NCBI GenBank assembly: GCA_017654855.1
Contig: CM030332.1
Span: forward strand, 1,612,001-1,676,000
DNA: 64,000 bases
Direction: 5' to 3'
Source: Podospora anserina
Taxonomy: Eukaryota
Part shown: piece by piece, positions 54,300 to 64,000 of the stretch
How the letters are laid out: every line of letters begins with the position of its first letter
How positions within the stretch are numbered: the first letter of the stretch is position 1
Translations under genes and position numbers: made by a program
The notes under the pieces: model-generated
What the model was told of the DNA's origin: nothing
Database searches by the model: none
The model's input: only the letters and a program-made list of their open reading frames with translations

Positions 54300-56698
54300 A
54301 TGGCGCAACAACAACATCAGCAGCCTTCAACGCCCGCCGGCACCGGTAATTCCATCTTTGGCGGGCCCGCTCACCTCCAACAGCCCGCCGGCCTCCTCGC
54401 TCAGTCTTCGTTCTCGTCCTTCTCGACAGCACTCACACCTGCTTCGGCCGCATCGTCGAACAATACCTACATCATGCCGAACTCGCCGCTCAAGCACCGC
54501 GCCGCCATGGACGGCTACCGTCCCAAAGTCACACGCACTCTCGGCCAGCGCCCGGCCTGTCTCGTCAATGCCTCAGTGACGTATTGTGGTAACAACCAGA
54601 TTTATGCCTTCGGAGGCTTTGACCAGTACACCGACGAGGTTTACAATCATGTGTTGCGACTGGATCTTGTCAGCCACCAGTGGAACCTGGTCGATAACTA
54701 CGGGGACATCCCCGGTGTTCGGATGGGTAAGCCCCCTGTCTATTTTGCCCGTTGCTGGTGATACTGTGTTGACATTACCCCTGAACAGGCCACACGGCGA
54801 CGCTGTACAAGGGAGACAAGCTGTTGGTTTTTGGAGGCGAGAACGAACATCGAACTTATCTCTCGGATCTTATCATCTTTGACTTGAAGACTGCCCACTG
54901 GACACAGCCACAAGTGACGGGACCTATTCCCAAAGGCCGCGCTCGCCATGCTGCTGTGCTACATGAGGACAAGCTCTTTATTGTGGGTGGTATAACAGGC
55001 CATGACAACTATGTGTTGGACGACATATGTTATTTGGATCTTAAGACTTTCACCTGGTCCAAGTCGTGGCGTTTTGTTGGGCGGTTCGATCACTCTGCAT
55101 ACATTTGGAGTGACAGGGTCTGGGTGTTTGGTGGCTTGAGTGAAGATATGGACAAGGTTAGTGACCTGTGGTGGCTGGATCTCAAGGGCAACCCAGCGTT
55201 TGAGTCTCCTCCACATATCGGCACCCTCGATCGATCCGGTTTATCTCGAAGTGCGGCATCACCACGGCCATCGTACCCTTCCGTCCAGTCTACAGCTGTG
55301 GGCTCTTCCGGTTATGCTGCCAACTCTAGGACTGCACAGGTCAACCCACCGTCATTTCACCTGAAGACATATGCGCCACAAGCACCCGGGGCCATTTCTG
55401 CGCTCAAGTTTGTCAGCGGCCCTAATGTCCCATCTCAGATGCAAGGCATCCATTTCCATGTCTACTCCTCAGGAACACTCCTGGACTTTGTAACACCAGC
55501 AGCTACGATTACGTCAAAAGAATGCTCACTATCAGCCTTAGATTTGGCAGCCTTACGGTGGCAGAAGCTTGCAGAAGGCCGAGAGATATTCAAGCCAGGC
55601 TATCGGTGGCATTACTGCACTATGAATGAAGATGGCACGAAAGCATGGCTGCTCGGCTGCCCTACCGATCCAGGGGCTATTGATCTCGGGGCTAATGGCC
55701 TGGAGGAGTATCTTTCGGACATTATGGAAATTGATCTGCGGCGCTACGGGTTCCTAGGAAACAACATGGCTCCAGAGCCTCGCACCACCCGCCCGTCCTC
55801 CCGCACCCGGCACGTCGAAACACCTTCCAAGGGCCTTGGTGATGATCTGGCGAAGCTCTTCAACCAGCCCCCAGAATCAGGCAGCGGCACGGATTTCATC
55901 GTCACCGCGCTCTCGAGGGACTTTGACGAGGAAGAGGTTATGGGCTCGGCACTCGTCCACGCCCAAGTAGACTCTGTCGGCGACACGGACCCCGACCAGA
56001 CCTGGCTGTCACCAGACACGCCTACCTCCCCACCCATCCACGTTCATCGGCTCATCCTCCAAGCCCGTTGGCCGCACTTTGCCCGGCTGTGGTCTTCTCA
56101 GATGGCCGAGTTTCACACCAAAAAAATGCACATTCCTGAACCATACTCTGTCGTCAAAGCATTCTTGTACTACCTCTACACTGACCGGATCGATCCGCCT
56201 GATCAAAACGGCAACGAAACCACTGCCGACTTGGCTGATGTAGCGGGCTTGTTGGTCATGTCGAATATTTACAACATTCCTCACTTGAGACTGTTGTGCG
56301 TGAATAGATTGTCAAAGGAGCTGGATGTGGATCATGCGTGCATTATCTGGTATTGCGCGGGGTTGTCGAACGAGGAGTGGTTGAGGAAGCGGGCAGCGAA
56401 CTTTTGCATGACGCACTGGGGGAGGATCGTGAGGACGGTTGGGTTTCAGCGGTTGCCGAGGAATGCGCTGGTGGAGCTGAGCCAGGAGGTGGATAGTGAG
56501 GGGAGGGTGGTGGCGGGCGAGGAACTGGATATGATGCAGGTTGGGTTTGGGGTTGGCGGAATTGATAGGGGGGGGGGGCTGGGGAGGAAGGATAGTGTGG
56601 GGAGTGGGGGGAGTGATCAAGAGGGTGGGAGAGGGGTGATGGAGAGTGATGGGCATGAGGATGGAGAGGAAGAGGAGGATGGGATGGAGATGAGTTAG
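54300..56698 (+). CDS. ral2: Kelch-repeat plus C-terminal BTB protein (Ral2-like); exons 54300-54726, 54789-56698
   Basis: Kelch repeats (IYAFGGF, RMGHTA, LVFGGE, RARHAA, LFIVGG, VWVFGG); BTB-like PIHVHRLILQARWPHF...FLYYLYTD; acidic tail. Confidence 0.8.
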
Positions 56699-56962
56699 GG
56701 GGTTAGTCGAAGTCCTGTTCGGGAAGGGGCGTTGAAGGGGCGGGGGAGGTTGGTAGAGGGGGAGGAAGCCTTGGGGCTTGAGAGCAGTGGGGAGAGTGAG
56801 GGTAGCGAGGATAGTGACGAGGAGACGTTGGGAGCTGGGGGGGATGAGGAGCTCAAGGAGGATAGTGAAGAGGAAGGAGAAGGGGAGCTGGATCTTAGTT
56901 TTGTCGATACGAGTGTGAGGCGGTCGGCGAGGAAGCCGAGGATGTTGTTGGAGCTTCTCTGA
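56699..56962 (+). other. Stop-free in-frame continuation (87 codons plus TGA) after the ral2-like TAG; candidate cryptic C-terminal extension
   Basis: Reads GVSRSPVREGALKGRGRLVEGEEALGLESSGESEGSEDSDEE...DTSVRRSARKPRMLLELL* in frame with the gene. Confidence 0.55.
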
Positions 56963-57642
56963 GTGACTCGCTTATGTCCGAGGAGATAATTCCCTCGGTT
57001 TCTTCAGTTAAAGTAATCAGGCTACGTTTTCTTTTTGCTTTTATCACAGTTGCTACTTTTTTTCCATAGCTCGAGAGGTCTCTTTTGGACTGGGAAAGGG
57101 GCAAGGATACGCTGGGATCGGAAATGGACAGGTTGGCTGGCATCATGGCGGAGGCGTTGATGGTTGGGTGGGTGGGACTGTGGGTTTATTTTACTAGTTA
57201 AAGACAAGGAAAGCCAGTTTTTACATGTATGTAGTTGGGGCATGTCTGTACACACTTGCATGCCCCATTTTAGAATCGTACAAAAATGGAGTTATCGGAT
57301 ACTTAGGACGGGACGAGTTCGAGTGACTTGGAAAAGGGTTTTTTCGGTCCCAGGTTGGTGAAGTGATAATTAGGCAGGGTTCTGATTATCGTTCTATCAA
57401 GGCTTGAGGTACTTCACTGACCAGTCAGTCTATGTCCTCACCGCCGTTGAGAGCCTTGCATATTGAGTTGACAAGGCAGTCAGTCAACCGGCCAATTGTT
57501 GACAACTGCACATTGGGAAATTTCCCATGTTGCTTTTTTCGACCCTCAAAATTATCCTCATCCAGGCCACAAGACGCAGCTTCTAGTCTGGTAGGCAAGG
57601 ACTGGTCGGCAACGCTCCTTTTCTTTTACAAAACACAAACAC

Positions 57643-58464
57643 ATGAGCGTCATGGAGGAGCAAGTGGCGATATATTGGGATACTTTGGTCCCCAATCCTT
57701 CAGCCAACGATCGCCCACCAAGCTGCGATACACCGCCCATTGAAGTCGAAGATGTCCCAGCCGAAGTTGAGCCAGCAGCTAGAGATGATGACGGAGAGGA
57801 AGAGCGGCCCGCCGAGTCTCATCCCTTTCGGAGACGACTAAGGGGAGGAATGAATCTGATAATCACAGCTTTCGGCTCGGTGTGTATCATGGTTGTTAAA
57901 GTGGTTCTCCGATCCCAAACGCGCTGTTGAACCCCATCCTTACTGGAAAGCATTGGCAAGAATGATAGATCGGATCGTCATGGCATATTTGAAATGGCAT
58001 CTGGAACATGAACACGCCATCGAAGCTGGGAAAATCGTTTTTGCCTTCGTTACGTTGGGTGTCGCTGTGTACACGGTCAAGCCGTCGGTGAGATCGGCCG
58101 AGCTGGCGGAGTGGACAGCGAAGGAGTTTCTTGAGTTTTGTGAAGCGGCAGGCGAATTCGGATTTTAGCTGTCATTGTCTCCGGGCTAACATCGTCCTTT
58201 CTACAGCACGATTGGGAAGGCTCTGACTGTCACCAGATGCGCAACGTGACACTTGAAGCCCCTCCTGGGATGGGAGCTCAGCACATGAAGAGAGACCTGG
58301 AACCGGTGACCAAGTATCACACCAAGTTTAAGCTCTATGCATATCTCTGTGCACTTTTCTCCCCTTGGAAGCTGGTGCATAATATTACGGTTCGTAAACA
58401 CATGATATTTGCAAAATATCTTTTACAAGTATCCTTGCCGAGTTACATTTTGTCGGGTCTATAG
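57643..58464 (+). pseudogene. Interrupted orphan membrane-protein gene (frameshift or weak intron near 57770-57930; GC-AG or decayed intron ~58148-58206)
   Basis: Three consecutive protein-like segments: acidic N-terminus; TM KIVFAFVTLGVAVYTV then SAELAEWTAKEFLEFCE; after a GCTAAC...CTACAG acceptor, HDWEGSDCHQMRNVTLEAPPG. Confidence 0.45.
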
Positions 58465-59015
58465 TTATGTTAAACATGACCCCGAAGCTCTTTCAGTTAT
58501 GGTGCAGGCTGCTGCTTGTCGATTTCTTGGGATTGGAAAGTTTTTCGGGAGGAATATTCGGGGTAATGGAGTAATTGGACAACATATTTCCACTGTTTTC
58601 AGCAGGTCGTTAGATTGTTATCACCTACAGGGCGGTTTAACTAGGCCAATATAGCCTCCGAAACCTGAAGTTATAATGGCATTCGTGATGAAAAATGGTC
58701 CGCGATTATAACGTGTTATCCGTATCTAGGCAAAGATGGTATTGACACTATCGTTCTGAGGCTGTGTGTGACATTGCTTCTGTTTAAGAATGTACTACAA
58801 TACGGCCTCAGCAACCAAGAAAGTAGCCACGGAGACCCCATACAACCACACGCGTCATAACCCAGTGATATCGCAAAAAGTCCAATGCTTACGCTTCCGT
58901 CCCGGTCCCAAGCCAGTCCATGCATGCCTTCCCGGGCCTTCAACGCCGAAAGATGTGTAAACGCGAAAGAAGATGCATGTTCATACAAGTCCCAGCCATG
59001 TTTTGTGTGGCGGCT

Positions 59016-61641
59016 TCACGCCAGATAGCGATAGGCAGCCGTATCGCCCTCCATCCGCTCCAAGTATTCTCGCGCAAGCAAGTCCTCGATCCGCTTCTTA
59101 ATGAGAGAAATCTCAGGCTTGAACCGACCAGAGAGCTGGCTGATGACCTCGGTTGTGAGCTGAGTATGGCTGAGCTCCTTGCGTTGTCTATAATCGACGG
59201 TTAGCATCAAGTAAAAACGAGCAGCAATGAAATGTACTGACTTCATGATTCTGACAATAGCAGCATCCACAACGTGAGCACGCGTCTGATCGTTCTTCCT
59301 CTCCGTCTCCTTGCGCTCCTCCGTGCCCTCAACCCTGGATGTGCTGCTGATAACAGGCACCCTGATCTTGATTTGCTTGCTGACGAACTGAGCATTGAAA
59401 GAAAACTTGTCTGTGGGCTTCACGGACTTTGTCAGAGGCTCCTTGGCGAGAACCCTGAATTTTGGCGGAACCGAGAGTGAAGTCAAGGTTTTGGTCAGAT
59501 CCGGGATGGGAATGTTCGTCTTCAGCTGGATCTCTTCGAAGCTGAGACTCTCGTCATTGGCCAGATCGTTGAAAAGCATGAGAACAATCATTCCGTAAGT
59601 GGAGACATTGAGCTCATAGCGCCTGTCTTTGCTCAACGGCCCGGACTCTTTGCCAGGAACCTTGGGAAAGAAACATTTGATGTCTGCGCTGCCGGTGGAA
59701 GGTACCCAGGTGAGAACTCTCCCACTGCGATCCTGGCAGTAGAATTTGTAGAAACTCTCTTGCAGTCGTTTGATAGATGGTGGGAAGATACAGTCCGACC
59801 GCGATGCATCGCCATCTTGGAGGACACCGCGCCCCATGACATCAGTAGGCCAGAAGTTTGTGGTGAGAACATGAATAGCAAGTTCAGTAGACTTCCTATC
59901 ATCGTCCCCAAGATTGCGAATGTGGTCCTTGTAGTTGGTTGACAGATCTTTGGAGAGCTCCATGTCCTTGAACATGCCTTCGAATTTGGCAGTGAAATGA
60001 TTGCCCAACTCAGCCCGCATTCGTCGGACGAGCTCCTTTTCGATGTGGATTTCGGATTTGTTGTGCAGTAACCTGCGACCTAGGTGCTTTTGATAGTAGC
60101 GCTCGAATAAGTCACGGTCCGAAAGATACCTGACCAGAATAATGGCCTTTTGTAGAACAACCTCCGCATCCTCGTCAGATTTGCCTTTCAACCCTCGTTT
60201 GAGACTATCGTCAATGAACAGCGAGACAAACTCGGCACCTCGATCAAACATGTTGATGAAGTCTGCAAAGCTCTTCGTAATAGCCGACTGGATGATAAGA
60301 TCGTTGCTGAAACAATTTTCCAGCATTGAGTCAAACTTGCCCTTGAGCTTGAGGACGTCGTCAACCCATTTGATGGCAGCGGCTGTTTGCTGTGCGACTG
60401 GACTCAAAGCCTTGGGTTTGTCGGCCCCCTCGGCCCCCTCCTCGCCCTCCCCAGCAGCACCGGCCGCTGCTGGTGCAGAGAAGTCTGTGTTCTTGAGTGT
60501 CTGCTCAATTTCAAGGCCCAGTTCCATGACCCGGCCCATCAAACTCGTTTTGAGGGTATTCTTCGATTTGTCGATCCTTGAAATCAGCTGATACAGGATT
60601 CCAAGGTCTTCTTCTCGGTCATTGTCCACCATCGCCTTCAACCCGCTCCCTTCCATCGCCAGGAATTCATCCATCTTGGCCAGTATCAACTCTTTTTCCA
60701 AGACCGCTGCTATATTGTCTTTTGTGGAATTCGAAACCGAAGTAACACACCTCTCTTCCTCTTCGAGCAGGCGTCGTCGTGTGTGGCGCAACCACGAACC
60801 GGCGTCGGACTCTCGGAGCAACTTCTCACATTCGGCTTTGTAGAAGACCTCGCTGGCGGCAAGGAAGCGTGGCTCGAATATTGTCGTGTACAGCTTCTCG
60901 TTTTCCTTCTCTTCGTCCGTCTCATACAACTGCTCTAGCATGCCGGTTATGTCACGCAGAAGGTTGCGGTCGACGATATCCCCATCTCTATCCATATTGA
61001 TGAGGTCGAGAACGACAGCAATGACCACGTCCATAATGATGAATGGCTGATCCGACCCGTCAACATCCTTTAGGCCATACTTGAGGATATGATCTCGGAA
61101 AAGGCCGATCGTTGTTGCGTATACTGATGCTTGCTTGGTTTCCACACAGGACCTCTCCAGGTACATCAGCATATCCGCGATCAGGTTCATTGATGTGTTA
61201 TGGTCCTCCCAAATCTTGCGAATTCCGCGAAGAAGTCTCTCACCAGCCTCGCGGCGTTCGTGGGAGCTTGACGTGGCCAATTGTATCAAGGCGATGCTCG
61301 GTAAATTGTTCCTAACCAGCTCGTCGACACCGGGAATGATGTGCTTGTGGAACCATTCCGTCTCGAATTCTTTAACCTTTTCAAAGAGCTCCTCGCCGCG
61401 CTTGACCAGTGTGATCTTGTATGAGGCTCGGTAGAGGTTTTCGAAGGAAAGCTTGCTCGCATTTTTGTTGTGTATGTCGGTCATGGCACTCTGGAGGGTT
61501 GCCCAGCATTGATCAAACCCACCGGCGTCCTTGTTGATCAGGGGCTGTGATAGACAGACGTTAGCATGCCAAATAGGAAGCTAGCAGAGAATGACGTAGT
61601 TATACCCTTCGTATTGGCCTCGGCCTATTCCTGGAAGCCAT
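59016..61641 (-). CDS. CUL3: Cullin-3; exons ~61641-61606, 61544-59242, 59187-59016
   Basis: KNASKLSFENLYRASYKITL; AEFVSLFIDD; DLFERYYQKHLGRRLL; KFEGMFKDMELS; neddylation site DAAIVRIMKQRK; IKKRIEDLLAREYLER...YRYLA. Confidence 0.93.
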
Positions 61642-62408
61642 TGTGCGATATTGGCGCTCTATACTCGGCACAAGAAGGTGGGCAGGCAAAGTGGTGATGG
61701 TGGTGGTGTCGAGAAGGGGGGGGGGGACGTCAACAGTCCGCGAGGTTTCGTGAGGGAGTGGGAAATATGGCCCGAATTGGACTAAACTGGTGATAAAAAC
61801 TGTTAAATAGCTTGTGATCAAATTCAGTTCGTTGGGTAGGTGAAGAAAGCCCGGGATGGCAGGAGGCGATTTTGGTATGCGTGCTGTGTTGGTGGGATGG
61901 AATCCGTCAAATGGCAGGCAAGCAAAGGCGGCGAACGACCGAGCTCCGGACTGGGCACATACTCGACGTTGTCCTGGAACAAAGTAAACAGACACAGGAT
62001 GGGGCCAGCAAGACAATCCTCAAAAAAATACACGAGCTCGACAATGCTTGGGAAGCTTCAGGCACAACCTTGACATCTAGGAGGTCCGACTACAGCACAC
62101 CATCAGCTGCGACAGCGGGGAGTTGCAGCCAGCTTCAGCTGCCACCTAAAAACCGTGCCCCACCAAACCGCATCACTGGTTGGACTCTGATTTGCTACCA
62201 ATCATCTATTCTTGGCGCGTTTATCGCGTCTTGGCTAGCTCCAAGCTAATCTTATCGATAAGAACTCTGACAGGGATCTTGAACATCTTGACGATGACGA
62301 AGGTCCAATTGCTTCTCTACAGTTCGGCTTCACCTTTTGCGACAACCAAAATTCTTACCGATTTCGACCCCTTCTTTCCTCACCACTCATACCCTCCTAT
62401 CCCTAACC

Positions 62409-63041
62409 ATGGCCTCCAAACGCCTCCTCACCACCTCGATATCCACCCTTACCCGACTCACCACCCAACCAATATCACGATCAGCACTCCCCCGCCAGCT
62501 CCTCAATTCTCAATTACAACCCCTCCGTTTCGCCCACAACATCCCCCGACCACGAGCCAGTCCCATACCATCCACCCCCTCCTCCTCGACCCCATCAACA
62601 CCCTCCACAACCCCCCCATCCTCCCCCTCAACCAAGCCACCCCAACCCTCCTACGAGTTAACCTTCACCTGCGTCCCCTGCAACACCCGCTCCCGCCACA
62701 CAGTCTCCAAACAAGGCTACCACCACGGCTCCGTCCTCATCGCCTGCCCCGGCTGCAAAAACCGCCACGTCATCTCCGACCACCTCAAGATCTTCGGCGA
62801 CAAGGCCCTCACCGTCGAGGACATCCTAAAGTCCAAAGGCGAGCTGGTTAAAAAGGGTACACTGGGCGAGGATGGCGACCTAGAGTTCTGGGAGGATGGC
62901 TCCACCACCGTGAGGGATCACGAAGCGCTCGCTAAGGAGGCGGAGGAGAGGGAACGGAGGAAAAAGGAGGCTGAAGAGAGGGAGAGAGAGATGGTGGCGG
63001 GGAGTACGTTTACGAGTGTTAAGTCGGAGGGCAAGGAATAG
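62409..63041 (+). CDS. ZIM17: Mitochondrial DNL zinc-finger Hsp70 escort protein Zim17/Tim15/Hep1
   Basis: Presequence MASKRLLTTSISTLTRL; zf-DNL YELTFTCVPCNTRS...YHHGSVLIACPGCKNRHVISDHLKIF. Confidence 0.9.
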   Translation: MASKRLLTTSISTLTRLTTQPISRSALPRQLLNSQLQPLRFAHNIPRPRASPIPSTPSSSTPSTPSTTPPSSPSTKPPQPSYELTFTCVPCNTRSRHTVSKQGYHHGSVLIACPGCKNRHVISDHLKIFGDKALTVEDILKSKGELVKKGTLGEDGDLEFWEDGSTTVRDHEALAKEAEERERRKKEAEEREREMVAGSTFTSVKSEGKE

Positions 63042-63339
63042 TGGGGAGGGTGGAATAGGGAGGTCTGGACGGGTGGCATGATAAAATGATGTACGATATC
63101 GCTGTATTATATGGGGTGCTTTGGCCGGTTTGATATAGGTGTTGGCATACCCAAAAGTTTGGCATTTTTGTTGGCATTTCAGGGGCTAAACGCAAGACAC
63201 CTCACGACATGTCAACAATAGAAAATTGATGATATATCCGATTAATTTCAAATACATGGTATAAACCCCCCTTTTATCAGCTTTTTATCTACCCTTGAAT
63301 TATTCTCCGCCGACCTCCTTCAATTACTCAGATGACCCC

Positions 63340-64000
63340 CTAATTCCCCTGAAAAGCCCTCCTGGCATCCCTCTGCTCCTGCCCCTTGATCTTCCTCCTC
63401 TCCTTCTTCTTCTCAAACTTCTTCCTCTTCTCCCTCCCATACCTCTCCGGCGCCGCCACCGCCTCGATCCTCCTCTTGCTCAACCTCGCCTGCCTCCTTT
63501 CCCTAATCTGGTCGCCCACCTCCAGCAACGCCTTGGTGTACTCCGCGCTCCCCAGCTTCCTCTGCAACACCTCCATCACCGCCACAGCCTTGCTCTTCAA
63601 AGCCTCATACCTCGTCTTGAAAAGCTCGTTCAACGAGAACGGCGCGCGAATGGACGGGTCAGTCAGGTTCCTTAACGGACGGAGAATGGTCCTGACCGAA
63701 ACCTCGACCGTCTCCTTGGGGGACTTGATGCAGAACGCTTCGAGCAAATCCATCGCCGCAAGCTTGGACACCATCGCTTCGGGCTTGGGCTGGCGTTCTT
63801 TTCTGATGATGGAGCAGAGCTTCCAGAAGAGGTACTTCATGTCTGCCTTGCGGGAGACAGACTTGTCCACTTTGTCTTCTTCTTCGTCTTCGTCTTCCTC
63901 CTCGTCGCTGTCTTCCTGTTCGGTCTTGCCGGACTCGAGGTAACCGCCTAGGAACTGGAGGACTTGGACAATTTCCTGTGAGAGAGTCTCGTCTAGCTCG
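63340..64000 (-). CDS. UTP20: 3' end of U3 snoRNP/SSU processome protein Utp20 (truncated by the window edge)
   Basis: ILRPLRNLTDPS...VMEVLQRKLGSAEY...IRERRQARLSKRRIEAVAAPERYGREKRKKFEKKKERRK resembles fungal Utp20 C-termini; frame open to the window end. Confidence 0.8.
   Translation of the reverse strand, partial: ELDETLSQEIVQVLQFLGGYLESGKTEQEDSDEEEDEDEEEDKVDKSVSRKADMKYLFWKLCSIIRKERQPKPEAMVSKLAAMDLLEAFCIKSPKETVEVSVRTILRPLRNLTDPSIRAPFSLNELFKTRYEALKSKAVAVMEVLQRKLGSAEYTKALLEVGDQIRERRQARLSKRRIEAVAAPERYGREKRKKFEKKKERRKIKGQEQRDARRAFQGN

Overview
Gene-dense euchromatic DNA from a filamentous ascomycete. Short GT-AG introns with CTRAC branch sites, gene content and G-rich gene 3' ends suggest Sordariales, probably Podospora (inference). 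It holds 18 conserved protein genes: SFP1, CYP51/ERG11, a fucosyltransferase-motif protein, kinesin-7 KipA, a SulP-STAS-cNMP transporter (VSB1-like), PSF1, HSP78, ARF1, EMP24, a DUF3405 protein, a divergent BiP-like HSP70 ending in HDEL, PEX13, TOA1, CDC20, a Ral2-like Kelch-BTB protein, CUL3, ZIM17 and the 3' end of UTP20. There is also one interrupted orphan gene and several microsatellites. I found no tRNA, rRNA or transposon. The main finding is that PEX13 and the Ral2-like gene each end in TAG within a T-TAG-purine context, followed by a long stop-free in-frame continuation (119 and 87 codons) ending in a basic NLS-like patch. This is the pattern expected for hidden C-terminal extensions switched on by sexual-stage A-to-I stop-loss editing (UAG to UGG) or by readthrough. 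Other TAG-ending genes in the window stop again within about 30 codons.
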